Assembly: GCA_041390865.1 (NCBI GenBank)
Contig: JAWKPC010000002.1
Coordinates: 68,031-132,030, forward strand
Origin: Thermomicrobiales bacterium
Lineage (GTDB): Bacteria; Chloroflexota; Chloroflexia; Thermomicrobiales; CFX8
Length of the DNA: 64,000 bases
Reading direction: 5' to 3'
In this document: positions 53,320-62,293 of the stretch, piece by piece
Layout of the letters: the number at the start of each line of letters is the position of its first letter
Position numbering within the stretch: the first letter of the stretch is position 1
The notes under the pieces: generated by a model
Databases searched by the model: none
The model's input: the letters and a program-made list of their open reading frames with translations, nothing else
What the model was told of the DNA's origin: nothing
Position numbers and translations under genes: made by a program

Positions 53320-54417
53320 ATGCTCGCTGAACGACCACAACCAAACACGATCAAACTTGAACGGCCGAAGTACGGCGCGCGCATCAAGGTCCTCGTTGTC
53401 GATGATTCCAGCTTCATGCGGAACCACCTGACGAGTCGTCTCGATGGTTTCCGCCGCATCAACGTGGTCGGCTCAGCTCGGGACGGGTACGAAGCGCTCG
53501 ATCTGATCAAGGAACACAAGCCGGACATCGTCACCCTGGATATCCAGATGCCACGGCTCAATGGACTGGAGACGCTCGAGCGCATCATGCGCGAGTCTCC
53601 AACCCGTATCTTGATGCTCAGTAGCCTGACTATCGCCAATGCCGAAGCCACGATCGAAGCGCTGCATTGTGGTGCGATAGACGTGATCGCGAAACCAAAG
53701 GCATCCCGGCTGATCACTGAAGATTTCATTCACGAGATCGTCGACAAGATCGAGGCTGTCGCAACTCAGCCGCTTCGGGTTCCGGTCGCGAACCGGAAGG
53801 CACGATCCCCGAGAGCGCGCACCTCCGAATCCCTGCCGTTTGGCGACGCACGCCATCTCGTTGTCATCGGCAGCTCGACCGGCGGCCCGGCCGCGCTCAA
53901 CGAAATCCTGCCGGAATTGCCGTCCGATCTCGACGTTGCCTATCTGATCGTGCAGCATATGCCGCCGAATTTCACGCGATCGCTTGCCCAGCGTCTCAAC
54001 CGATCGTCCGGCCTCCTGGTCAAGGAAGCCGAGAGCGGCGATCCGCTACGCACCGGCATGGCGCTCCTGGCGCCGGGTGGATTTCACATGCTCCTCGACA
54101 AGCAGCGGCGAATCGTCCTCACGCGGGATCACACCGTGAATGGCGTTCGACCGGCCGTCGACGTGACGATGGAGCAGATCGCGCCAACGTTCGGCAAGCG
54201 AGCCTGCGGCGTCGTCCTGACCGGCATGGGCGTGGATGGCCGGCGAGGAGCGCGCCACATCCGGCGTCATGATGGATTTGTGATCGTGCAGGATGAGGGA
54301 ACTTCCGTCGTTTACGGTATGCCGGGCAGCGTCGCACGAGCTGGTTATGCGAACATCGAAGCCCCCCTTCAGGACATCCCGAACGAGATCGTCAGGTGGA
54401 GAAACAGCGTCTCATGA
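53320..54417 (+). CDS. cheB: Chemotaxis methylesterase CheB (REC + esterase)
   Basis: REC is VLVVDDSSFMR...TLDIQMPRLNG. Esterase motifs are GSSTGGPAAL, VQHMPP and GMGVDG. Confidence 0.9.
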   Translation: MLAERPQPNTIKLERPKYGARIKVLVVDDSSFMRNHLTSRLDGFRRINVVGSARDGYEALDLIKEHKPDIVTLDIQMPRLNGLETLERIMRESPTRILMLSSLTIANAEATIEALHCGAIDVIAKPKASRLITEDFIHEIVDKIEAVATQPLRVPVANRKARSPRARTSESLPFGDARHLVVIGSSTGGPAALNEILPELPSDLDVAYLIVQHMPPNFTRSLAQRLNRSSGLLVKEAESGDPLRTGMALLAPGGFHMLLDKQRRIVLTRDHTVNGVRPAVDVTMEQIAPTFGKRACGVVLTGMGVDGRRGARHIRRHDGFVIVQDEGTSVVYGMPGSVARAGYANIEAPLQDIPNEIVRWRNSVS

Positions 54418-55223
54418 GCATCCTGAAACCGCCGGTCGCCGCGGACTATGCCCGCTTCATCGAGCGATCCCGGCATATCACCGCGATCGACCTCCGGGCC
54501 TACAAGCCCGTGCAAATGGAGCGCCGGCTGCGGTCGCTGATGATTCGCAAGAGCATCAACGGGTTCGACAGTTATGCCGAGATTCTGAAGCGGGACAAAG
54601 TCGAGCGCGAGGAGTTCGAGCGCCACGTGACGATCAACGTCACCCAGTTCTATCGGGATGCTCGAATCTTCGCGACGTTTGAACGAGCACTCGTCATGCT
54701 TGCCGAGAAGAAGAACGGACCGCTTCGTGCCTGGAGCGCCGGCTGCTCGAACGGGAGTGAGCCGTACACGCTCGCGATGATTCTCTCATCGATCGCTCCT
54801 GGCCTGTCGCACCGGATTTACGCGACCGACATCGATGAAGCGTCATTGCAGCACGCAAGATCGGGACAGGGATATACCCGAGCCGACATCGACACCCTTC
54901 CGAAAGCGTTCCTGAACAAGTTCATGACCCGCGATCCGGCGACGGATACGTTCAGCGTTCAACCGCAGATCAAGACGATGGTGCAGTTCGCCAGGCACGA
55001 TCTCGTTCACGAAACGTACCGCCGGGGATTCGACCTGATTCTTTGCCGGAACGTCGTCATCTATTTTTCGGAAGAGACGAAAAAAAAGATCTTTGCCGGC
55101 TTTTACGCATCGCTCAATCCCGGTGGCCTGCTATTCATCGGGGCGTCCGAAGTTCTCAAAGAGCTGCGAACGATTGGATATACACAGCTCGAACACGGGC
55201 TCTACAAGAGACCGGACAACTAA
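54414..55223 (+). CDS. cheR: Chemotaxis methyltransferase CheR
   Basis: YKPVQMERRLRSLM...TQFYRD...RAWSAGCSNGSEPYTLAM...LILCRNVVIYF. ATG 54414 forms an ATGA overlap with the cheB stop; the track start 54396 is a GTG. Confidence 0.9.
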   Translation: MSILKPPVAADYARFIERSRHITAIDLRAYKPVQMERRLRSLMIRKSINGFDSYAEILKRDKVEREEFERHVTINVTQFYRDARIFATFERALVMLAEKKNGPLRAWSAGCSNGSEPYTLAMILSSIAPGLSHRIYATDIDEASLQHARSGQGYTRADIDTLPKAFLNKFMTRDPATDTFSVQPQIKTMVQFARHDLVHETYRRGFDLILCRNVVIYFSEETKKKIFAGFYASLNPGGLLFIGASEVLKELRTIGYTQLEHGLYKRPDN

Positions 55224-55281
55224 CCAGCGAGATTCAGGGCGACAGGCTCGGAATCGGGATTGAAAGACAGGAATAGACATC

Positions 55282-56178
55282 ATGCAGGACAATATCGGGG
55301 CGCAGATCACCGCCGACATCCACCGGTTGGAGTCCCTCCCGGCGATCGTGATCGAGGCGCTCAACCAGTTGAGCCAGCCCGACGTGAATCTGCGTCAGGT
55401 CAGTGAGGTCATTGGTCAGGATTCGGTGATCACCGCCCGGATGATGAGCATCGCCAACTCGGTCTACTACCGGCGCGGCGCAGCGGTCCACCGGCTGTCC
55501 GACGCGCTGGTGCGTCTCGGCATCGCGATGGTCAAGGAAGTGCTGCTGACCGCCAGCGTCCTGGGCGTCATGGACCGCCGCCTCACTGGTTACCAGCTCG
55601 ACCGCGGACAGCTATTCCGGCACAGTCTCGCGACCGCGATCGGCGCCCGGATCGTCGCCCAGCGAACGAACTATCCCTACCGCGAGGAAGCGTATATCGC
55701 CGGGCTGCTCCACGATATCGGCAAGCTGATTTTCGACCGCTACCTCAAGGATCGCTATCAGGAGGTCATCGCCTTCGCGACCAGCAACGAGATCAGCTTC
55801 GTCGATGCGGAGTCCCGCCTGCTCGGCTACGACCACGCGCAGATCGGCGGGCTGGTCATCGCATCCTGGGATCTACCGGCCCGCTTCGTCGAGTCGGTCG
55901 CGACCCATCACAACCCCTCGTCGGCGAAAGACTTCCCGGAGCTGGCCTATATCGTCCATCTGGCCAACGCATTCACGCTCAGCCTGGGGCTCGATGTCGG
56001 CGGCGATGGACTGATGTCGATGGTCGATGCTGAAGCGATCACAAGGCTGAACCTTGATGCGGAATCCATCGACCTGCTCATTTCCGACATTGCCGAAGCG
56101 GTCTCGAAGGCCGGCCTGGCGACCCAGGGCGTTTCGCTGGGCGCTGAATCCCTCGATGAAGCAGTTGTCTCTGCCTAG
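55282..56178 (+). CDS. HDOD-domain protein
   Basis: LPAIVIEALNQLSQPDVNLRQVSEVIGQDSVITARMMSIANSVYY...AGLLHDIGKLIF...HAQIGGLV. Confidence 0.8.
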   Translation: MQDNIGAQITADIHRLESLPAIVIEALNQLSQPDVNLRQVSEVIGQDSVITARMMSIANSVYYRRGAAVHRLSDALVRLGIAMVKEVLLTASVLGVMDRRLTGYQLDRGQLFRHSLATAIGARIVAQRTNYPYREEAYIAGLLHDIGKLIFDRYLKDRYQEVIAFATSNEISFVDAESRLLGYDHAQIGGLVIASWDLPARFVESVATHHNPSSAKDFPELAYIVHLANAFTLSLGLDVGGDGLMSMVDAEAITRLNLDAESIDLLISDIAEAVSKAGLATQGVSLGAESLDEAVVSA

Positions 56179-56206
56179 TTTGAGGCCGGGTATTGAGGAG
56201 TAGACG

Positions 56207-56701
56207 ATGCGACTCGAACATATCAATCCGGTGGTCAAGGCGGCGCTCGGAGTGCTGCGGACCGAGATGAATACCGAGGTCAAGCGCGGGAAAGTCTCGG
56301 TCGTCAACGGCGACGTCGATGGCCACGACCTGACGATTCTCATCGCCGTTACCGGCGCGATGGAAGGGTTGATGGCCTACGCGCTGGATGCGCCGGTCGC
56401 CTGCGGTATGGCCAGCGCCATGATGGGCGAGGAATTCACCGAGCTCGACGAGATCGTCCAGAGTGGAGTGGCGGAGATCGGCAACGTCATCTCCGGGCGA
56501 GCGATGATGAGCCTGGCCGACCTCGGGATGGAAACGCACATCGCCCCGCCGGTGCTCCTGCTCGGCCATGACACCCGCATCTCCACTCTCAACATCCCGC
56601 GCCTACTCGTACCGATCGAACTGGAGTTCGGAACAATCATGATGTACATCGCCCTGAAGCCGACGAGAGCAGCCCTTGTGAACGCGTACGCGGTCGCCTA
56701 G
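56207..56701 (+). CDS. cheX: CheX-like chemotaxis phosphatase
   Basis: INPVVKAALGVLRTEM...LDEIVQSGVAEIGNVISGRA matches the CheC/CheX-type E-x2-N motif. Size is ~160 aa. Confidence 0.6.
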   Translation: MRLEHINPVVKAALGVLRTEMNTEVKRGKVSVVNGDVDGHDLTILIAVTGAMEGLMAYALDAPVACGMASAMMGEEFTELDEIVQSGVAEIGNVISGRAMMSLADLGMETHIAPPVLLLGHDTRISTLNIPRLLVPIELEFGTIMMYIALKPTRAALVNAYAVA

Positions 56702-56744
56702 GAAAGACAATCGCCGCCGGATCCGGGAGAGATCCAGCAGGCCC

Positions 56745-57437
56745 CTAACTTTCGCTTCCGGTTATCTCGGTGACCCGAACAGCAAACTTCTCGTCAACGA
56801 CCACAACCTCGCCCCGGGCAATCAGTCGGCCGTTTAGCGTGACCTCGACCGGTTCACCGACCACCTTGTGAAGCTCGACAACCGAACCTACATGCAACCC
56901 GAGAATGTCCCGAATCTGCATCCGCGTCGTCCCGAGCGTGGCGATCACCTCGACCTCAACATCCTGTAACCGCCGAATGTTTTCCGACTCAATCATCGAA
57001 TTGCCCGAGGACTGTCGGTACGACGTCTGTCTGGGAGGCGGTGGCGGGTCCGGATCCGGTGGCGCTTCTTCCCCTGTGCGGGGAGCCGATGCTGCCTCGA
57101 CCTCAAACACGGCTTCGCCTTCAGAAGGACGCTCTTCTTGCGGGGCCGGCCCCGTCGCCCCGCCGACCGCCGACACCTCGAAGTATCCGGCTGTGTCGAC
57201 ATCCAGCTCGTCGAGCGTGATCTCGTCTTCGTCGGATCCCTGGAGTTCCCCGTCGTCCAGCGACGAGTGAGGGAATAGAGGGGGGCCGTCAGCGTGAGGA
57301 TCATCTTCGTCATCGCCATTGAAGAAGCCGCTACCCGACTCCCCTTCCAGCTCATCGAGCGTGATCTCATCCTCGTCCGGCTCGTCGCCGGAAGCATCGC
57401 CGCCGACCGGTCTCTGGTCTCGCGGATCTTCAGTCAT
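56745..57437 (-). CDS. fliN: Flagellar switch protein FliN (SpoA domain) with a long acidic N-terminal extension
   Basis: The C-terminus is LQDVEVEVIATLGTTRMQIRDILGLHVGSVVELHKVVGEPVEVTLNGRLIARGEVVVVDEKFAVRVTEI. The N-terminus carries two DEDEITLDEL repeats. Confidence 0.85.
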   Translation of the reverse strand: MTEDPRDQRPVGGDASGDEPDEDEITLDELEGESGSGFFNGDDEDDPHADGPPLFPHSSLDDGELQGSDEDEITLDELDVDTAGYFEVSAVGGATGPAPQEERPSEGEAVFEVEAASAPRTGEEAPPDPDPPPPPRQTSYRQSSGNSMIESENIRRLQDVEVEVIATLGTTRMQIRDILGLHVGSVVELHKVVGEPVEVTLNGRLIARGEVVVVDEKFAVRVTEITGSES

Positions 57438-57491
57438 CTCATCTCCCGGCTATCGTCTCGCCCCGGCGTTTTCCGACACTACTGTAGCGAA

Positions 57492-58532
57492 CTATGGATC
57501 GAACCCGGATGCGGGCACGACGCCGATCACCTGCGCGGCCATCCTGCCCCCGATACGCCCCGGACGGACGCTGAACAGCGTCTCTCCTGAAACTGACATT
57601 TCGAGCGCGCCATGGACGTCCTGGTCGGTCACGATGACATCTCCAACCCGGAGATCGCCGATATCGGCCATCGTCAACGTTGCCCGGCCGAGGTTGACCG
57701 CGACCGACAGGCTGACCCGGCCCATGGGAGCGGCGATCTCCGATTTCTGCACGTCCTGATTTCGCATCGAGCGCGGCCGGGCGGCGGCAAACAGCACGCT
57801 CGCGCTGAGCCGGGTGGAGACAGGATCGAGCGTTGACCCGGGAATCGCGACGGACAGCTGGCCGATCTGCTCGAACAAGCGCACCTCGTAGACGATCGCC
57901 AGGGATACCTCGCTGCCGAGAACTTGCCGGACCTGATGATGTTGGAGCTGGAGATCGCCATTGTCCGACTGGAAATGGGCGATCTCCTCCCAGGCTTGGG
58001 TAAAGTCCTTGATCAGCCAGCGCCCGATCGTCGTCATCAACGCTCGCTCGATATCCGTCACATCATCATTCGCAGGAATGCGCGGGCGAAGCCCCGAGCC
58101 GCCCTGGAGCCGATCCAGAATGTGCATCGCAATCGGCAGGCTCAGACCGATAACATAGTGCCCCGGCAACGGGTCAGCCGGAACGACGAAAATACAGGTC
58201 TGCGGTTCCAACCCCTGCAGGTAGTTGGAGAAGGGCATCTGGTCGATCGAGGAAAACTGGACGGCGACGCTGGACCGGGTCTGGGCCGCAAGCGTGTTGC
58301 TGACCAGCCGGCCGAAGGTATCGTGGATCGCCTGAACCGTCCGGATCTGGTCCCGTGAGAACTTATCCGGATGCCGGAAGTCGTAGGAACGGGATATGTC
58401 GCGGGGCTGGACACGGGAAGGCACTGAAACGTTGCCGTCATCCGGAGCGACATCCGGATCATTCATCGATGCCAGGAGCATATCGATCTCTCGCTGGGAG
58501 AGATTGGATTCGCCCGCTGGACGATCGGTCAT
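57492..58532 (-). CDS. fliM: Flagellar switch protein FliM
   Basis: The N-terminal CheY-P docking motif LSQREIDMLL is present, and the middle and C-terminal SpoA-like regions fit. ATG 58532 follows GGAAGGG. Confidence 0.85.
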   Translation of the reverse strand: MTDRPAGESNLSQREIDMLLASMNDPDVAPDDGNVSVPSRVQPRDISRSYDFRHPDKFSRDQIRTVQAIHDTFGRLVSNTLAAQTRSSVAVQFSSIDQMPFSNYLQGLEPQTCIFVVPADPLPGHYVIGLSLPIAMHILDRLQGGSGLRPRIPANDDVTDIERALMTTIGRWLIKDFTQAWEEIAHFQSDNGDLQLQHHQVRQVLGSEVSLAIVYEVRLFEQIGQLSVAIPGSTLDPVSTRLSASVLFAAARPRSMRNQDVQKSEIAAPMGRVSLSVAVNLGRATLTMADIGDLRVGDVIVTDQDVHGALEMSVSGETLFSVRPGRIGGRMAAQVIGVVPASGFDP

Positions 58533-58616
58533 GCCCAACCCTTCCCTATCCGCCAGAATATGAACGTACACCTATCGGCGAATTGTACGAAATATCCGGC
58601 TGATCGATCCGGCCGC

Positions 58617-59321
58617 TCAGGATGGAACGGCCTGCTCCTCGTCCCGTAGCTCCCGCAACGCCTGACGGCGCTTCTCGAGCTCCTGCTCGTCATCATCCAC
58701 CGGAGAGCTATTGATCTGTCGCAAGATGCGGGAATGGAGCTGGCTCGTGAAATTCGGTGCCCGGGTCCGGACATCCTCCGGAAGCTCTTCGGCGGCCATC
58801 CGGCTCAGAAGATTGAGCTGGTTGCCCGTCGCGCCGACAACGAGAACCCGGCCCGAAACCCGCACGAGATAGATCGACCGGTTCTGTCCAAGATTGAGAT
58901 GGTCAACAACTTCCATCGCTCTGCCCTGCGGGCCGCCAATGCGTCCGCTCCGGGTGAAGTAGTTCAGGAGCCTGAGCGATCCGTACGCAAGCCCGAGCAC
59001 GATCAGGAGCCGGAGCATCAGGCCGGGAACGTCGCCCCACCAGTTCGTCCCGGTATCCGACGAGTCATCGCCTTCGAGTTCGGCGTATCCCTCGGCAAGG
59101 AAGCCTGAATCCCCGTCAGCCTCGGACTGCTGATCGGCGCTTGACCGGCTGTCGTCCGAACCATTCGACGATGAGGATGGCGTCGCCATCGTGTACGCCA
59201 GCAGCAGAGCAGCGAGCATCCCCGTCAGGATCAAGGCCGTCATGAGCGGGCGCTGGCGCGCGTTTTCAATCGTTCCACGCGCCCGTTCGACGAGAGAGGA
59301 TTCAGTCTTCGGCTGGTTCAT
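58617..59321 (-). CDS. fliO: Flagellar biosynthesis protein FliO-like
   Basis: The TM helix LMLRLLIVLGLAYGSLRLL is followed by MEVVDHLNLGQNRSIYLVRVSGRVLVVGATGNQLNLL. ATG 59321 follows GGGGAGGA. Confidence 0.6.
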   Translation of the reverse strand: MNQPKTESSLVERARGTIENARQRPLMTALILTGMLAALLLAYTMATPSSSSNGSDDSRSSADQQSEADGDSGFLAEGYAELEGDDSSDTGTNWWGDVPGLMLRLLIVLGLAYGSLRLLNYFTRSGRIGGPQGRAMEVVDHLNLGQNRSIYLVRVSGRVLVVGATGNQLNLLSRMAAEELPEDVRTRAPNFTSQLHSRILRQINSSPVDDDEQELEKRRQALRELRDEEQAVPS

Positions 59322-59730
59322 CCTGGAGATCCTCCCCGGGCTGGTCCGGCTGCCCCGAACTCTGTTGTTCGCGACGGTTGCCAATGCTGGTGATTCGTAC
59401 CGCATACTGATCGTCGACGACGATCACCTCGCCCGCGGCAATCGGGACGTTGTTCGCACGCATTTCCACCGATTGGCCGGCGATGCGGTCGAGGCCGATC
59501 AGCGAGCCGGGCCGCATTGCGAGGATGTCTCGCACCGTTAGCCGGGATGCGCCCAGGACAGCGTCCACGACGACCTCGACATCGCCGAGGATCGCCGTGG
59601 GAAGCGGCTCGGCTTCCCGGGTGGTATCGGAAAGCGATGGGAATTCGACACGACGAACGGTGACCGACTCGGACGAGCGGTCACCGTCATCACCAGGTTG
59701 CGAGGGCGCGGGGGCGCGAGGTGTAGACAT
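59302..59730 (-). CDS. fliN: Second FliN-type (SpoA domain) switch protein
   Basis: LGDVEVVVDAVLGASRLTVRDILAMRPGSLIGLDRIAGQSVEMRANNVPIAAGEVIVVDDQYAVRITSI. Confidence 0.75.
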   Translation of the reverse strand: MSTPRAPAPSQPGDDGDRSSESVTVRRVEFPSLSDTTREAEPLPTAILGDVEVVVDAVLGASRLTVRDILAMRPGSLIGLDRIAGQSVEMRANNVPIAAGEVIVVDDQYAVRITSIGNRREQQSSGQPDQPGEDLQDEPAED

Positions 59731-59792
59731 TGTGCGCTTTTTCCGGCTGCACGGCCGGGTCGGCGCCAGGAGGCTTCGACCAGCAGCCGCGG

Positions 59793-60311
59793 CTACTGAA
59801 TAACGAACTGCGTGAAATACAAGTCGAGCAGTCGTTCCTCGCCAATGACTTCGCCCAACGCATCGAGCAACTCCGCCTTGAGCCCCGACTTGCCTTCCGG
59901 TGTCGATACTTCGGCGACGTTCTTGCTGCTCAATAATAGAGTTATCACGTCCTGTATCTCCGGTTCAAGGGGTTCGATCTCCATTTTGAGTTCTTCCCTG
60001 GCTGCCGCAAGCGCTTCTCCGCGCAACTCATCAGGATTTGCGTCCTCGACGATGATCTCAAGAACGATCTCCGTTTTGAGGTATCTAAACCCGCCCGCGT
60101 CGGCAAGATTCACGACCCGCTCGCCGGCGGAATAGGTGATTCCCTTCTCCGGCATCTCCACGACGACGGTCTCGACCACCGGCGCGTTGGCGCTGGCCCC
60201 TCCGCTCAGCACCGACTGCCCGGTGACCATCGGGACTACGTAAAGTAGTGCCGCGATCGTACCGGCGATGGTAACGACTGGCACCGCCACCATCCCGAGT
60301 ATCTTCAACAT
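59793..60311 (-). CDS. fliL: Flagellar basal-body-associated protein FliL
   Basis: A single N-terminal TM helix, then VVNLADAGGFRYLKTEIVLE...IQDVITLLLSSK...LYFTQFVIQ. Confidence 0.8.
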   Translation of the reverse strand: MLKILGMVAVPVVTIAGTIAALLYVVPMVTGQSVLSGGASANAPVVETVVVEMPEKGITYSAGERVVNLADAGGFRYLKTEIVLEIIVEDANPDELRGEALAAAREELKMEIEPLEPEIQDVITLLLSSKNVAEVSTPEGKSGLKAELLDALGEVIGEERLLDLYFTQFVIQ

Positions 60312-60328
60312 GCTCCCTGCTCCTCGCG

Positions 60329-61027
60329 TTATATTCGCGGCGCCACGATGACGAATGACACCCGGCGATTCAATCTGCGTCCTTCAACCGTGTCGTCTTC
60401 AACTCGCGGCCTGAATTCGCCGTAGGCGGCGGCCGATATGCGTTCCGGCGGGATGCTCGCCCCGCTGGTCAGATAGCGCACGACATTCACCGAGCGCTCG
60501 GCCGATAGCTCCCAGTTGCTCGACCACTCGAGCGGGTCCGGCTGGGTGTCGTCGGTGTGCCCCTCGACCCGGATCTCGTTCGGCAGCGGTCCGAGGACGT
60601 CCGCGACGTTGTCGAGGACGACCATGGCATCCGGCCGAAGCTCCGCGCTTCCGGGCGGGAAGAGGACCGCATCATCCATATGGATGACGATGCCCTCAGC
60701 GGTCAACTCAACCGCGACGCTCTCCAAAGGGACCGAGTTCACCGATTCGAGCGACGCGATCTGAGAACGAATCGTCAGGTACTCGCTGAACCGGGTATCG
60801 CCCTGGTCCACATCGCCGATCGATCCCGGCTCGCCGCCCTGCAACACGTCGACGTTGAACGCGCGCTGCAAGCTGAAGGTGATCTGCTGGTACTTGATCG
60901 CGTCCGTCTTCGACACCGCGAAGAGGATGATGAAGAAGATCAGCATCAGGTTCATCAGGTCGGCATAGGTCGCGAGCCAACGTCCTTGATCGACATGTTC
61001 GGCGGCTTTAGGCTTTCGTCTCGCCAT
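60329..61027 (-). CDS. motB: Flagellar stator protein MotB (OmpA-like C-terminus)
   Basis: WLATYADLMNLMLIFFIILFA with the plug/TM Asp. The C-terminus is VEGHTD...SNWELSAERS...NRRVSF. Confidence 0.9.
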   Translation of the reverse strand: MARRKPKAAEHVDQGRWLATYADLMNLMLIFFIILFAVSKTDAIKYQQITFSLQRAFNVDVLQGGEPGSIGDVDQGDTRFSEYLTIRSQIASLESVNSVPLESVAVELTAEGIVIHMDDAVLFPPGSAELRPDAMVVLDNVADVLGPLPNEIRVEGHTDDTQPDPLEWSSNWELSAERSVNVVRYLTSGASIPPERISAAAYGEFRPRVEDDTVEGRRLNRRVSFVIVAPRI

Positions 61028-61029
61028 GT

Positions 61030-61821
61030 CTAGGCGGCCTTCGCCTCGGGCGCGCTGTCATCCAGCTTGCGGAACGCCGATGCCGGCATGAATGAGCCGA
61101 GCTTCTCACGGACGATCGCCGAGTTCTCGCCGGCCTGAACCGCAAGCAGTCCCTGGACGACCATGCGCTTCTCTCTCGCTTCCTGGGCGCTCAGCCCTTT
61201 CAGCTTGGATGACATCGGCAGAAACACGATGTTGGCCGTCGCGACACCGTAGAGCGATCCGAGGAAGGCGACCGCGATGCCGGGGCCGAGCGAGTCGGGG
61301 TCGGACAGGTTGCCGAGAACGAGGATCATGCCCATCAAGGTACCGATAACGCCGAAGACCGGGCAGTAGGCCGCAATCGACTCGAACATCGTTGAGTTCG
61401 CCTTGTGACGCTCCTCCATCAGCTCGATGTCGGTCTCCATGATGTTTTCGACGACGTCGGAATCGGATCCGTCAACGACGAGCATGACCCCGCGCTTGAT
61501 GAAGGGGTCTTCGATCTCGTTCGCTTCCGATTCGAGGGCCAGCAGGCCGTCGCGCCGGGCCGAGTCCGAGAGCCGCTGGAAGAGCGTGATGATCTCGACC
61601 GACCGATCCGGCGGCTGCTTGAGAGTCTTCATCATGATGCCGGGGATACCGAGGACCTTGTTGAGCGGGTTGCTGACGAACGTCGCGCCGATGATTCCGC
61701 CAAAGGTGCCGATGATCGAGCTGAAGTCGGTGACCGCCATCGGCGTGCCGCCGTTCATCATGAACATCACGTTGATCGCGGCAAGCGCGAGCACGAGTCC
61801 GATGATCGTTGCAATATTCAT
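61030..61821 (-). CDS. motA: Flagellar stator protein MotA
   Basis: Four TM helices, a cytoplasmic loop, and the C-terminal YCPVFGVIGTLMGM...AFLGSLYGV. Confidence 0.9.
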   Translation of the reverse strand: MNIATIIGLVLALAAINVMFMMNGGTPMAVTDFSSIIGTFGGIIGATFVSNPLNKVLGIPGIMMKTLKQPPDRSVEIITLFQRLSDSARRDGLLALESEANEIEDPFIKRGVMLVVDGSDSDVVENIMETDIELMEERHKANSTMFESIAAYCPVFGVIGTLMGMILVLGNLSDPDSLGPGIAVAFLGSLYGVATANIVFLPMSSKLKGLSAQEAREKRMVVQGLLAVQAGENSAIVREKLGSFMPASAFRKLDDSAPEAKAA

Positions 61822-61824
61822 CGA

Positions 61825-62115
61825 CTAGAATCCTTCTTCTGATGCACCCGGCATCCTGCCGGGCCGTGGAAACTCCAGCGGCGAGCCGTCGTCGGCCTTG
61901 CCCTCCTCGTCCTCCGGCATCAACACCAGCCGGGGCCGGGACGTCATCTGCCGGTAGGCAACCACCCGCTCGACGACGTCCTGCGCGCTTTCCTGAACGA
62001 CGAAGCGCTTCTCGGTCGTCAAGGTGATGATCGTGTTAGGCCGCTCTTCGATCGTTTCGATGAGATCGGCGTTGATCGTCACGACCGATCCATCGAGCCT
62101 TGTTAGCTGGATCAC
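61825..62115 (-). CDS. flbD: Flagellar protein FlbD
   Basis: MIQLTRLDGSVVTINADLIETIEERPNTIITLTTEKRFVVQES. The start is GTG with AAAGGA upstream. Confidence 0.8.
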   Translation of the reverse strand: MIQLTRLDGSVVTINADLIETIEERPNTIITLTTEKRFVVQESAQDVVERVVAYRQMTSRPRLVLMPEDEEGKADDGSPLEFPRPGRMPGASEEGF

Positions 62116-62165
62116 GGCGCGATATCCTTTCGCCCCACTTCGACGGGGACATCCAGTTTCCCCGC

Positions 62166-62232
62166 GTACGTACTAGACAATTTGTCACAAGACGAGTACC
62201 ATCATGGCAACCGACAGGTGTACGTACACCTT
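62166..62232. promoter_or_regulatory. Cluster of perfect palindromes in the divergent flbD / fliP intergenic region (candidate operators)
   Basis: GTACGTAC (62166-62173), GACAATTTGTC (62176-62186) and AGGTGTACGTACACCT (62217-62232). The last abuts a TTGAC -35-like hexamer. Confidence 0.35.
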
Positions 62233-62293
62233 GACGGCCGTCTCGCGTATCCCCGATCCGTTCGGGACCCGAGAAGGTTGATCGCAGGTAGCC

